Part shown: positions 1 through 9,163 of the stretch, in pieces
How positions within the stretch are numbered: the first letter of the stretch is position 1
How the letters are laid out: each line of letters starts with the position of its first letter
DNA from: a virus
Lineage: Duplodnaviria; Caudoviricetes
Reading direction: 5' to 3' (one strand)
DNA length: 64,000 nt
Virus record (IMG/VR): IMGVR_UViG_3300044620_001883
Coordinates: 128,001-192,000 of that record
Position numbers and translations under genes: made by a program
The notes under the pieces: generated by a model
What the model was told of the DNA's origin: nothing
Database searches by the model: none
Seen by the model: only the letters and a program-made list of their open reading frames with translations

Positions 1-11
1 TGACTACAGCT

Positions 12-350
12 ATGATGAGGGCGAACCAACTGAAGACGACAATGGCAAAGACGAAGAAACCCAAGTTTGAAATCGGCGACAGCGTCTGCTCCTCAGCGGA
101 CAGCAGCGACGTTCGGCATATGCGCAATACCTGGCACGCCGTCGTGGTAGCACGCGCGGCGTGCCCAGGCACGCCGGACGACCACGTGTACATCACAGCA
201 GGTTGGTGGGAGCATGCGGTGGATATGCGCCACGGTTTCAAAGTGTTGGAAAAGTACGTCGATCGTCAGCGGGTGCGTGCCGCACAGCGCCAGCTCTGGT
301 GTGACACACTCCAGAAAGACACATCACGGTTTAGAGTCAGCAACTGTTGA
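12..350 (+). CDS. hypothetical protein (accessory cassette)
   Basis: 112-aa ORF directly upstream of the DUF932 gene, same strand; start uncertain. Confidence 0.55.
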   Translation: MMRANQLKTTMAKTKKPKFEIGDSVCSSADSSDVRHMRNTWHAVVVARAACPGTPDDHVYITAGWWEHAVDMRHGFKVLEKYVDRQRVRAAQRQLWCDTLQKDTSRFRVSNC

Positions 351-353
351 AAT

Positions 354-1124
354 ATGGACACCCTCATTAAAGCACCCGAGCGCAAGCCGCTCCCATTGAT
401 CCTCCACTGCGGGGCCGTCAAGGTTGATGTACAGGAACTTAGGAACGTCAAGACGCCGGAGAACACCAAGACCTGGTACCCGCTGCCGCACCATGAACTG
501 GTCGAGAACACCCGCCGCTGTCTGACCACAGACGGGATCGAGATCGTGGATGAAGTACACGCTCTCACGCGTGATGGGGACCGGTACTTCGGGATCATGG
601 CGGTACGGAACCCGCGCGCGCAGGTCCATCAGGACTACGAGTGGATGGTGGCTCTTCGGAACGCCAATGACCGTGCCTTCTCGGCCGGCCTGGCCTTTGG
701 GTCTCGGGTCTTCACTTGCGACAACCTTGCCTTCTCGGGCGAGATCATGATTGCCCGCAAGCACACCCGGCACGCTGCGCTGGACCTGCCCCGTCTGATT
801 ACCCGTGCTGCTGGCGACCTGAATGCCAGCTGGATCGGTATGGACAATCGTATCCAACAGTACAAGGACCGGGAGATCACAGACACGCTCGCCCATGACA
901 CGATCATCCGGGCTCTGGATGCCAAGGTGATTTGTGGACAGGATGTGAAGCATGTCTTGCAGGAGTGGCGCCATCCCAGCCACGAGGCTTTCGCGCCCCG
1001 TACTGCTTGGAGTCTTTTCAACGCCCACACTGAGGTCCTGAAAGACACGAACATGCAGGATCTGCCGAAACGGACGAGATCTCTGCATGGTGTCATTGAC
1101 GCCCAGATCGGGCTCTCGGCATGA
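354..1124 (+). CDS. DUF932-family protein
   Basis: Motifs WYPLPHHELV, ALRNANDRAFSAGLAFGSRVFTCDNLAF and ARKHTRH are typical of DUF932 proteins of phages and plasmids. Confidence 0.75.
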   Translation: MDTLIKAPERKPLPLILHCGAVKVDVQELRNVKTPENTKTWYPLPHHELVENTRRCLTTDGIEIVDEVHALTRDGDRYFGIMAVRNPRAQVHQDYEWMVALRNANDRAFSAGLAFGSRVFTCDNLAFSGEIMIARKHTRHAALDLPRLITRAAGDLNASWIGMDNRIQQYKDREITDTLAHDTIIRALDAKVICGQDVKHVLQEWRHPSHEAFAPRTAWSLFNAHTEVLKDTNMQDLPKRTRSLHGVIDAQIGLSA

Positions 1125-1378
1125 ACCTTGTCTTCATTGAACTAACCCGGTTGTGTTATGACGACAAAGGTCTTCGCCAACCTGGCAAGAAGTTCGTCGT
1201 CAACACCCGCTATCTGATGTCCTTCAAGGCTGGTGCGGTATCGGCGTCTGGACACAGGCATGAGGGAACGACTGTGGAGTACCGGGGCAACCAAGGCTAC
1301 GGGAACCACACGGTGTTGGTAGAGGAAACATATATGCAGATCCGGACACTACTCGATAAAGCGCAAAATGGACACTGA
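1121..1378 (+). CDS. hypothetical protein
   Basis: 85 aa, ATGA overlap with the previous stop. Confidence 0.6.
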   Translation: MNLVFIELTRLCYDDKGLRQPGKKFVVNTRYLMSFKAGAVSASGHRHEGTTVEYRGNQGYGNHTVLVEETYMQIRTLLDKAQNGH

Positions 1379-1658
1379 AGAGACCTTCAAAAAGATGCCT
1401 AACCTGACCAAACCCAAGCGAGTCCTGACGCAACAGCAGAAGGATATCATCAACGCGAAGGAGCGGATGAAGCAAAAGGCACAGAGTTTAGACACCCTGG
1501 CGGCATCGATCATGCAGGCCCTGTGTCGGAACAGCCAAGACGAGGAGGCAGTACGGTTACAACTACGCGGTCCAGACGAGAAGGATCTGGGTGGGCGTAA
1601 CCGTGAGTCAGTGCAGCGCGAGATCAGGTCACTCCTGAGACGCAACTATGGCTACTGA
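1368..1658 (+). CDS. hypothetical protein
   Basis: 96 aa, overlaps both neighbours in an operon-like chain. Confidence 0.6.
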   Translation: MDTEETFKKMPNLTKPKRVLTQQQKDIINAKERMKQKAQSLDTLAASIMQALCRNSQDEEAVRLQLRGPDEKDLGGRNRESVQREIRSLLRRNYGY

Positions 1659-2019
1659 ATCCAAGTTCACGAAAGAGCAGCTCCTGGAGGGCTTCGGCGC
1701 CTCCGGGTATCCTGACACGGAGACGTTCAGGTGGTTGTATGCTCGGCGGCGCTGGGAGCTCTTGAATGTGGACTTGGTCGAGTTACCCCAGCGGATCAAT
1801 GGTGGAGCTCGAGCCTCCGTGTACGCGCAGGTCATGGACTACCTGAAGGCGCATCCAGAGACATCTGACGATGCGCTGCTAAGTCTGCTTGATGCACAGT
1901 CCCAGCTTGCAGCGGAGGTGCGCTGCTTGCTCGACAATGGTGGAGCGGGTCCGAACCTCGGTATCCTCAAAAGGTGTGATGCTACCCTTCGGCAGATTGC
2001 CGGACTACCCCCGAAATGA
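1648..2019 (+). CDS. hypothetical protein
   Basis: 123 aa, overlaps both neighbours. Confidence 0.6.
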   Translation: MATESKFTKEQLLEGFGASGYPDTETFRWLYARRRWELLNVDLVELPQRINGGARASVYAQVMDYLKAHPETSDDALLSLLDAQSQLAAEVRCLLDNGGAGPNLGILKRCDATLRQIAGLPPK

Positions 2020-2243
2020 TCCAACGCATCTTCGATTCCTGTGTGGACTGGCTCCACTGGCTCGCCGCCCAATTCGGCACGGACTACGTGACCATCAACG
2101 TGGTCCTGTTCTGCGTCATAGTCCCCCTGGTGTTCCTGACCCTGTTGTTGTTTGCCTACTGGCAGTATTTGCGCGCTGAACATTACAAGTTGTGCTGGCA
2201 GTTGAGCCTGAATCACGCACGCGCCGTGGCACGCCTACGGTAA
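2016..2243 (+). CDS. small membrane protein
   Basis: Hydrophobic stretch VTINVVLFCVIVPLVFLTLLLFAYW; ATGA overlap. Confidence 0.6.
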   Translation: MIQRIFDSCVDWLHWLAAQFGTDYVTINVVLFCVIVPLVFLTLLLFAYWQYLRAEHYKLCWQLSLNHARAVARLR

Positions 2244-2253
2244 GTCAGTCTGA

Positions 2254-2288
2254 AACGGATCCAGCCCCTTCGGGGGTTGGATTTCGTT
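2254..2288 (+). terminator. hairpin with C(UUCG)G tetraloop, probable terminator
   Basis: ATCCAGCCCC-TTCG-GGGGTTGGAT stem followed by TTTCGTT, right after the accessory cassette. Confidence 0.7.
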
Positions 2289-2306
2289 AGCTATCACTCG
2301 TCGAGG

Positions 2307-2335
2307 TTGCAGGGGCGGGGGACTGTGGGTAGGTT
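2307..2335 (+). promoter_or_regulatory. sigma70-like promoter (near-leaderless)
   Basis: TTGCAG-N17-TAGGTT, ATG 8 nt downstream. Confidence 0.55.
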
Positions 2336-2343
2336 TTGGGCAT

Positions 2344-5049
2344 ATGTTGTCCCTGCTCGCCCCACCCATCGTCAAGTCCTCGAGTGCCCTCCCGGTTCTC
2401 GAACGGGCGGCAGGCAAGATCCAGGATGCCGTGGACCCTGCTCCGCTCGAGAAGGCCCCCGCGACGGCCCGTCCTGAATCCAAGAGGCACCGGGAGGCTT
2501 TGGTGGATGAAGCAAGGGTGCGGCACTACCAGGACCAACCTTTCAGTACATCTGCCATGCTAGGTGGTGGGCTCGGTTTGAGTGTGCCGTGGGTGCTGGC
2601 TGCCATCATGGCTCCCAAGATGTACCGGAATAATGCCGACATTGGTAGGCTGGCACAGCTCTCGGCAGCCGGTGGGCTAGTCGGGACCGGGACAGGTCTG
2701 GGTGCTGAAGCACTAGGACGCCTCTTGACCCGTGGGTTCGGTCCCAATTTCAAACCTTCGCAGTGGCACCGGGACCAGGATCCTCACCGCTGGAACAGTG
2801 CACTCCGGACTGCCCCCATCGCGGTGGCCACGCTGGGTGGTAAAGCACTGTCGACCATGTTTCGGGAGATGCACAAGGATGCCAGCAACGACCAGGATCT
2901 TCGGAGCCGTATCGCAGCTGCGTACAAGCAGGTCACAATCCCTGACCTGAAGGCCATCGAGCACGGTCAGTACCAGAAGGGTCACTTCTCCTGGAAGGGT
3001 CTCGGTATCACGATCGAGTCTGCCCCTGGTGCAGTGCGGCGTGGGGTCGATAAGGATGGGACGGAGTGGTCCGTGAAGCTCAAGAATGCCTACGGGTACA
3101 TCAAGGGCACCACCAGCGCAGAACCCGGTGACCAGATGGATGTCTTCATGGGTCCACATCCCGAGAGCGAGATCGTGTTTGTGGTGGACCAGAACAAGCA
3201 GAAGACCAAGACCTTCGATGAACACAAGTGCGTCGTAGGCTGCCGTACTGTTGCTGAAGCGAAGGAGCTGTACATCAAGAACTACTCGGAAGGCTGGACC
3301 GGCTTCCGGGACATCACACCCATGACGCTACCCCAGTTCAAGTCATGGCTAAAGAAAGGGGACATGACCAAGCCACTGGCCGGGCAGCAGTTCCAGGATT
3401 TCCACAAGCAGGCCACAAATTCGCTGGTCAACATTCTACCAAGCTCAGATATTTCCATCATGCACACTAGCCTCACACCCGCCCCCTGGACCAAGCAAGC
3501 CATCAATCTCAAGGGGGTCCTTCCTGCTCTCAAGGGCATGTTCAGCCGCACACCAGGTGCGGTCGGTGCGACTGAGGGGGCTACTGCAGCGCCGGCCGCG
3601 GAGAAGCTCCGAAGCTTCCTAGCTGGCGGAGGCAACCTGCGACCAGGGGAGTACGAGCGCGTTGCCCTGCAGCACCCGGAGCTCATGGCTGAGTTCCCTC
3701 GCATCCGTGATGCCGTGAATCTGGCTGACGTTCGGCGGATGATCGGCACTGGTCCTATTCCTGGCGCGTTTCAGGGGGGTGTTGGTAATCAGGTAGCACA
3801 GACGCTGATCGGTGGTGGAGCTGGTGCGGGGCTTGGTCTCGCTGAAAACAGTTTCACGGACATGGGACCGGACATGCAGAAGAACAACCTGATTGCCAAT
3901 ACGGCCTTAGGTCTGTTGGCAGGCAACCCAATCGCGCGGCAACGTATGCTCAAAAAGGTGTTCACGGATCCTGCTACTGGTCTCCGGAACATTGGGTACA
4001 ACCCGAAGGCCTTAATGGGTGCCAGTACAGGCCTCATCGGCAAGACATCCCTGCTGCTTGGTGGTGATAAACTGTTTGGTACTCTTGACAACCTGCGAGC
4101 CGGTACAGGCAAACTCACCAGCACCGCGACCAAGCTCGATTCCAAGATGGACAAGGCTGAGAACAGTATTGCCAAGAACTTCAAGGAGCCGTTCGAGAAG
4201 TTGGAGAATTCTTCCAAGGAGCTGGGCGGCAAGCTGATGGACTCAGGCTCTAAGTTGATTGCTGGAGGCCGCCCGTATGTTGGGGGCATTGGTGGTGCAT
4301 TCCTGGGCAATATGGTAGGCCAGTACTTCGAGGACGAGAAGCGGGTCTCTGCCGAGGAGGCCAAAAGACAGAAGCGCAATCGTATCCTGCTCACACTGCT
4401 CGGCGGCGCTGCAGGTGCAGGACTCGGATCGGCCGACCAGAACACTCTCCCGGATACGCTTCGCCGTCTCCAGGGTGGTTGGCAAACAGCAAAAGGTACG
4501 GCAGCAGATCTGTACAACAAGGTGACCAAGCAGGCCAATCTGGAGACTTCATTACCAGACGCTCTGAAACTGTTCGGCGTAAACTCCGAAGCCGCCACAC
4601 CAGATACTGTGGCGGCTCTCAAGGAACTTGCTGTACTTTCGCAAAGCTCAGATCCTAGAGCGGCTGTGCATGCAGCATGGGCTGTTCCCACAGTCGAACG
4701 TGCCGTTGCGATGCCGCTTGGCGGTGCCGCACTTGGTGGAGCCGCTGGTGGATTGATCCAGATGCTGCGCGGGCACGGTGTGCGCGATAAGAAACGTCGA
4801 CCTTCTGTTGGTGCTGGAGTTGGTTGGGGTGGGGTAGCAGGTGGGTTGCTTGGTGTCCTGGCTGCCGCCGACGCACCACGCCAGGGCTGGAATGCTTCCC
4901 CAATGGGGCGTGCCATTGGCACCGTGCCGCTATCAGATGGTTTGAGGACCTACTGGCGGATGCTGAGCGGTAACGGTGCCGACACCGCCATCGAAGATGC
5001 TTTGAACGCCGCTGCGATCAATAAATGGATACCGAAACTGGCGCCATGA
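2344..5049 (+). CDS. large putative virion internal/ejection protein with an inorganic pyrophosphatase-like (InPase) domain and Gly-zipper helices
   Basis: ITIESAPGAVRRG..W..K..YGYIKGT..GDQMDVFMG..VFVVDQ..FDEHK matches the InPase domain of polyvalent phage proteins; several GGxxGxxxG segments; three KQA motifs. Confidence 0.65.
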   Translation: MLSLLAPPIVKSSSALPVLERAAGKIQDAVDPAPLEKAPATARPESKRHREALVDEARVRHYQDQPFSTSAMLGGGLGLSVPWVLAAIMAPKMYRNNADIGRLAQLSAAGGLVGTGTGLGAEALGRLLTRGFGPNFKPSQWHRDQDPHRWNSALRTAPIAVATLGGKALSTMFREMHKDASNDQDLRSRIAAAYKQVTIPDLKAIEHGQYQKGHFSWKGLGITIESAPGAVRRGVDKDGTEWSVKLKNAYGYIKGTTSAEPGDQMDVFMGPHPESEIVFVVDQNKQKTKTFDEHKCVVGCRTVAEAKELYIKNYSEGWTGFRDITPMTLPQFKSWLKKGDMTKPLAGQQFQDFHKQATNSLVNILPSSDISIMHTSLTPAPWTKQAINLKGVLPALKGMFSRTPGAVGATEGATAAPAAEKLRSFLAGGGNLRPGEYERVALQHPELMAEFPRIRDAVNLADVRRMIGTGPIPGAFQGGVGNQVAQTLIGGGAGAGLGLAENSFTDMGPDMQKNNLIANTALGLLAGNPIARQRMLKKVFTDPATGLRNIGYNPKALMGASTGLIGKTSLLLGGDKLFGTLDNLRAGTGKLTSTATKLDSKMDKAENSIAKNFKEPFEKLENSSKELGGKLMDSGSKLIAGGRPYVGGIGGAFLGNMVGQYFEDEKRVSAEEAKRQKRNRILLTLLGGAAGAGLGSADQNTLPDTLRRLQGGWQTAKGTAADLYNKVTKQANLETSLPDALKLFGVNSEAATPDTVAALKELAVLSQSSDPRAAVHAAWAVPTVERAVAMPLGGAALGGAAGGLIQMLRGHGVRDKKRRPSVGAGVGWGGVAGGLLGVLAAADAPRQGWNASPMGRAIGTVPLSDGLRTYWRMLSGNGADTAIEDALNAAAINKWIPKLAP

Positions 5050-5735
5050 GCAAAGTCTCACACATCAAGGTCTCAACAGCTCTTCTAGGTAAGGCACTAA
5101 ATGGAGTCTCGAAGGTCTTGACCCAAACAGGTAAGACGCTCCAGCAAGGCGCTCGCTTCGGGGCAGGAGTCCCGGCAGGTGAAACCTTCGCACCTTCGAT
5201 CGGTACTGCCGCGCGTCGTGTACTGAAGCTCGGTTTTAACCCGCAAGTCAAGGGTTGGTGGAACGTACCGAAGCGGATAGCACAAGGTGCGGGCGTCTAT
5301 GGTCTGGGTGCTAGTGTTGTGCAGGGTCGTGAAGCTGTCAAGGACTTGGCCCTGAATGCCAACCAATTGCTCCCACCGCATGAGAAACTTCAACCGTTGA
5401 AACAGTACACACAGGACCTGGCCGAGTCCCCAATCTGGACCACACTCAGGACAGCCATCATGGGTCTCCCCGAAACAGTTCCAGCTGGGCAGCGTGCGCT
5501 GCTCGGCAACGCTACTTACATTGCTGGTCGGAACGGGGTGGCTGACTGGTGGAACAATCTTGGTCGCGCTCCAGCGGCAACGGGCCCAGGGACTTGGCTT
5601 CGGCACGCCTATGCACCTGCTGTAGCACCTGCTGTCCAGGGTGTCCGAAGTGTACTGCCTAATATCCCACACGCGCCACCTAGCGCCTACGGGGATCTGT
5701 TCCGCTCTGCCCAGCAAGCTGTACGGGAATGGTAG
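5046..5735 (+). CDS. putative virion internal protein with N-terminal HIKVS tag
   Basis: ATG 5046 overlaps the previous stop; Ala/Gly-rich; SHIKVSTALLGKA. Confidence 0.55.
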   Translation: MSKVSHIKVSTALLGKALNGVSKVLTQTGKTLQQGARFGAGVPAGETFAPSIGTAARRVLKLGFNPQVKGWWNVPKRIAQGAGVYGLGASVVQGREAVKDLALNANQLLPPHEKLQPLKQYTQDLAESPIWTTLRTAIMGLPETVPAGQRALLGNATYIAGRNGVADWWNNLGRAPAATGPGTWLRHAYAPAVAPAVQGVRSVLPNIPHAPPSAYGDLFRSAQQAVREW

Positions 5736-5758
5736 AGTACGATGTTGCACGCCAAACA

Positions 5759-5788
5759 TTGACCCGCTCACCATCTCTGCGTAACAGT
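5759..5788 (+). promoter_or_regulatory. sigma70-like promoter (leaderless)
   Basis: TTGACC-N18-AACAGT, ATG 7 nt downstream. Confidence 0.5.
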
Positions 5789-5795
5789 ACTCATC

Positions 5796-6131
5796 ATGGA
5801 CCTACCCCCTTCTGTTCCTTCTGCTACTGATATTGATGCGCAGCATCTTGGTTACCTGGCCGTCGCAATGACGTTCGGGGCGCTCTCGGCTATGGCGGCT
5901 CTCCTGGGATCTGAGAGCCCTCTGACACCGCGCGTCGTGATGGCCTACCTACTTTCAGGCGGCCTCGCTGCTGGTGGTGTCGTATTGGTGCTTGTGGAAC
6001 AATACGGCTTCAATTATTTTCTGTGTGGGATCGGGATCTTCGCGGGCTACAAGGCCTTCGATCTCCTGGCCATGATCAGCATGGCCGTCTCCAGCTTCGT
6101 TAACAAATTCCTCTCCAAAAAAGGCCAATGA
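5796..6131 (+). CDS. holin-like membrane protein
   Basis: 111 aa, about three hydrophobic segments, basic C-terminus KFLSKKGQ. Confidence 0.55.
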   Translation: MDLPPSVPSATDIDAQHLGYLAVAMTFGALSAMAALLGSESPLTPRVVMAYLLSGGLAAGGVVLVLVEQYGFNYFLCGIGIFAGYKAFDLLAMISMAVSSFVNKFLSKKGQ

Positions 6132-6733
6132 GCATTCTCGATCGCATGTCAAACCGCCGGCACTCCCTTGCGTCACTGCTTCACGCCACTCTGATATTTG
6201 TGGCACTGGGCGCGGCCATTCTGTTCTTCTACGAACAGCAGCGTTCAGAACATCTCGCGGCGCAGTTCAGAACTGCTGTGCGTGGGGCAGGCGCGGGACA
6301 GTGGTATTGGGACATTGAAAAAAACATCCTCAGATGGGATGACCGCATGTTCGAGTTGTTCCATTGCAGCAAGGCAGGCTGGGAGAACGTGGACGGCATT
6401 TGGGAATGGCGCGGATCTGCGACAGACGAGCCGGCCGCCAAGTTTGTCTCGACTCTGTACAAGGAGGATGTGCCGATGGTTATGGCAGCGTTACAGCGGG
6501 CGATCATGACGCGAAGCTCTTACCAGGCGGTGTTCCGGGTGGTGGGCACGGACGGCATCGTGTACTTCCTGAGAGCAGGTGGAGCGGTCTACGGGGGCGG
6601 CAGATACATGACCGGATTGTGTATACGGTTCTCTGCCGCCGACAAGCCCGGTGAGCTGGATATCAGCCACTGCTTTGAAGCGTGGCAGAACCACATGGCG
6701 CACGCGACTGAACTGGCTGGGTCGGCGCCCTGA
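6128..6733 (+). CDS. membrane-anchored stand-alone PAS (PAS_3-like) domain protein
   Basis: N-terminal TM, then GAGQWYWDIEKNILRWDDRMFELF...LYKED...YQAVFRVVGTDGIVYFLRAGG; no kinase or cyclase domain. Confidence 0.7.
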   Translation: MSILDRMSNRRHSLASLLHATLIFVALGAAILFFYEQQRSEHLAAQFRTAVRGAGAGQWYWDIEKNILRWDDRMFELFHCSKAGWENVDGIWEWRGSATDEPAAKFVSTLYKEDVPMVMAALQRAIMTRSSYQAVFRVVGTDGIVYFLRAGGAVYGGGRYMTGLCIRFSAADKPGELDISHCFEAWQNHMAHATELAGSAP

Positions 6734-6740
6734 ATTCTGG

Positions 6741-6769
6741 TTGCGCACACAGGGAGGCATGGTGACCCT
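6741..6769 (+). promoter_or_regulatory. sigma70-like promoter (leaderless)
   Basis: TTGCGC-N17-GACCCT, ATG 6777 7 nt downstream. Confidence 0.45.
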
Positions 6770-6776
6770 ATCCAAC

Positions 6777-7049
6777 ATGGAAGCCAGCCAATCACCCACA
6801 TCTCCTGCGATGCACCGCATACCAGTCGGTGGGGCTGAACCTTTCCACTGGGCCCATGGTGGGTGCTGGTGCTTTCCGCTACAGCATTACTGTGAGGAAG
6901 CGCAGGCCACCTACATGCTCCACAACGCGCAGGATTGTCGGGAGGCATTTGAACGGCAGGGGCTCGATGATCCAACCAGACCCTGGGTTGCTGTCCTGGG
7001 TTATGTGGGAACTCCGGTTGACGTACCCAGCACAGTAATGGCAACGTAG
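6777..7049 (+). CDS. hypothetical protein
   Basis: 3' part of the 6651-7049 frame; start chosen from the promoter position. Confidence 0.5.
   Translation: MEASQSPTSPAMHRIPVGGAEPFHWAHGGCWCFPLQHYCEEAQATYMLHNAQDCREAFERQGLDDPTRPWVAVLGYVGTPVDVPSTVMAT
7018..7047 (+). promoter_or_regulatory. sigma70-like promoter (leaderless)
   Basis: TTGACG-N18-CAACGT, ATG 8 nt downstream. Confidence 0.45.
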
Positions 7050-7055
7050 TCGCAT

Positions 7056-8123
7056 ATGAGTCTAGCCCCCTGGTTCCACAAACAAGCTGGCGTTGGTGAG
7101 AGTGCCTTCAAGGCCCCCACTGCGGCGGCAGCCCCAGCGGCTTCAAATCCAGCGACGGCGCCGACGACACCAGCGGCGACACCGGGTGCAAGTAAACCCC
7201 CAGCAGCGACTCCTTTGGGTTCGGCTCCACCTCCGGCACCACAGGCTCCTTTGGGTGCGTTGCCCCCTTTACCCCCTCCCCCATTAGGTGCTGGTGCTCC
7301 ACTTCCTGACCCGTGGGGCGGTGGAACTCCAACCAGCACACCACCGCCGGCGGCACCTGTGGGTTCACTCCCGCCGTCAACCCTGGGAGCTGGAGACTCT
7401 GGAGGTACACCGTCACCTTCATATCCTGCTGCTTTGGGCGACCCAACCAAGACCACAATGCCGCCACCAGCCCCCGCCTTGGGGGGTGACACCTCATCTG
7501 TCCCGCCTGCCGCATCTCCTCCGGCTCCGGGTGGAACACCTCCACCCTCCCAGGTTCCTTCTGGTCACGAGTTTTCCACGATACCGGGCGCCCCAGGACC
7601 GGACGCCAAAACGGCATTTCCAGCAGACAGCCCGGAAGGGATCGCGGAACGAACTCGGCCTGGTGTCCTGCAGGATCGCGGCCTCGTCGCAGGTCCAACA
7701 GCTCCCCAGCAGATGGACCAACAACAGATGGACAACGCTGTTGGGAATTTGACAGCCGGAACTGGCTTCAACGGCAGTGCTACTTCCATGAAACCCGAGG
7801 ACGTGATGGCGCGCGCTACTGCCATCAATGACAAGTACCGGAAAGACAACCCAACGTTTGCAGCAGCCAACCCACATCCGGACGACCCGCGCAACAAGGT
7901 GGCCCACATCCAGGTCAGCACCCATATTCTCAAACGTGCGGCAGCAGTACCTTCCGTGGCTGCCGTGTCCTCCACCAAGCCTCCCGTGGGGCCGGTGATC
8001 CTGAACCCGAAGTTCCTGAGGGCTCTGCCCAAGCAGGCTCCAGCCAAACCCCCGGCGAAGCCAGCCAAGGATCCTGAACCCAAACCGGTTCCTGGTGCGG
8101 TCAAGAAAGCAGCTTGGTATTGA
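7056..8123 (+). CDS. Pro/Ala-rich disordered putative virion internal protein
   Basis: Low complexity; WFHKQAG, HIQVSTHILKRAAA and VKKAAWY motifs. Confidence 0.6.
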   Translation: MSLAPWFHKQAGVGESAFKAPTAAAAPAASNPATAPTTPAATPGASKPPAATPLGSAPPPAPQAPLGALPPLPPPPLGAGAPLPDPWGGGTPTSTPPPAAPVGSLPPSTLGAGDSGGTPSPSYPAALGDPTKTTMPPPAPALGGDTSSVPPAASPPAPGGTPPPSQVPSGHEFSTIPGAPGPDAKTAFPADSPEGIAERTRPGVLQDRGLVAGPTAPQQMDQQQMDNAVGNLTAGTGFNGSATSMKPEDVMARATAINDKYRKDNPTFAAANPHPDDPRNKVAHIQVSTHILKRAAAVPSVAAVSSTKPPVGPVILNPKFLRALPKQAPAKPPAKPAKDPEPKPVPGAVKKAAWY

Positions 8124-8148
8124 CTAGTACTCGCAGGGCCGGGACATT
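8120..8148 (+). promoter_or_regulatory. sigma70-like promoter (leaderless)
   Basis: TTGACT-N17-GACATT, ATG 5 nt downstream. Confidence 0.55.
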
Positions 8149-8153
8149 CCAGT

Positions 8154-8474
8154 ATGCCTGACGCCTCCAAACCTCCCAGCTGGATTGCCATGATCGGTGG
8201 CACGGTCATGGGGTTGTTAACCGGCAGCCTGACCATGTACACGTGGTTGGAGCACCGTATCGAGAGTAGGGTCGAAGCAAAGGTCATGATCGAAGTCAGG
8301 ATCTCGGCTATTGAGGCTGCCCTGAAGACCAACAAGGATGCAGCCTGGCTCGCGGATGAGAACCTCGTGAAGCGACTCGATATCCAGCAGGAGCGAATTA
8401 CACAACTGGTCAGCAAGATCGATGGACTGCACGTGACCGTCACACCAAGCGCAAGTTCAACTACACCCCCATGA
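8154..8474 (+). CDS. single-TM coiled-coil membrane protein (holin-like candidate)
   Basis: WIAMIGGTVMGLLTGSLTMY TM followed by a heptad-rich helix. Confidence 0.5.
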   Translation: MPDASKPPSWIAMIGGTVMGLLTGSLTMYTWLEHRIESRVEAKVMIEVRISAIEAALKTNKDAAWLADENLVKRLDIQQERITQLVSKIDGLHVTVTPSASSTTPP

Positions 8475-9088
8475 TGTACAAACAGGCAGGACCAGTACAG
8501 TTGCTTGGCAAGTTGCTTGGGCGTGCAGCGCCTGCCGCGAAGGGGTTGGGGTCCTTCGAACGCTACCCTGCCTTGATGGCTGCGCGCCGCAAGACGATCG
8601 TGATCCCCAATGCTCGCGCCAGCTCGTTTCCAGGTCCTGACACTTGGGGCCAGTACCGTCCCAAGGATGACCTACTGCTAGTGCGCGGTGGGCTTTCGCC
8701 GACTGTAGCACGACAATCACTGCGGCACGAGCTTACCCACATGGCCCAAATCAAGGCACCACACACCTGGCTGGACAGAACTGTGCAGGCCGGCATATCT
8801 CAGCCGGGTAATAGCTTCAAGTCAGGCCTACGCAGCATCCTGGCTGAGTTCGGTGCCCGCACTGGAGAGACCAAAGGCCTGATGGCTCCTGTCAGAGGAG
8901 CATTGAAGTTGTGGGAGACCGCACCGTCCTATGCACGAGACTTCAAACGGTTGGGTGCCCGCGCGGCGGCCCTGCCGTACCAACTCCTGACTGCAGCCCC
9001 TATTGTCGGCGGACTGGCAACGGCAGGTGGTTTGGGTCTAAAGCTCAAGAGCCTGACGGACCAGCTCAACCAACCTAAGACACGATGA
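8471..9088 (+). CDS. putative Zn metallopeptidase (HExxH)
   Basis: LLLVRGG...SLRHELTHMAQ; N-terminal MYKQAG. Confidence 0.55.
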   Translation: MMYKQAGPVQLLGKLLGRAAPAAKGLGSFERYPALMAARRKTIVIPNARASSFPGPDTWGQYRPKDDLLLVRGGLSPTVARQSLRHELTHMAQIKAPHTWLDRTVQAGISQPGNSFKSGLRSILAEFGARTGETKGLMAPVRGALKLWETAPSYARDFKRLGARAAALPYQLLTAAPIVGGLATAGGLGLKLKSLTDQLNQPKTR

Positions 9089-9129
9089 AGCCAGAGGCAA
9101 AAACACTTCCGCACGGTTTCTGACAAAAC

Positions 9130-9158
9130 TTGCAGAGTGTCCCGCTTGTTGCGACAGT
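9130..9158 (+). promoter_or_regulatory. sigma70-like promoter (leaderless)
   Basis: TTGCAG-N17-GACAGT, ATG 9164 5 nt downstream. Confidence 0.5.
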
Positions 9159-9163
9159 TGAGG

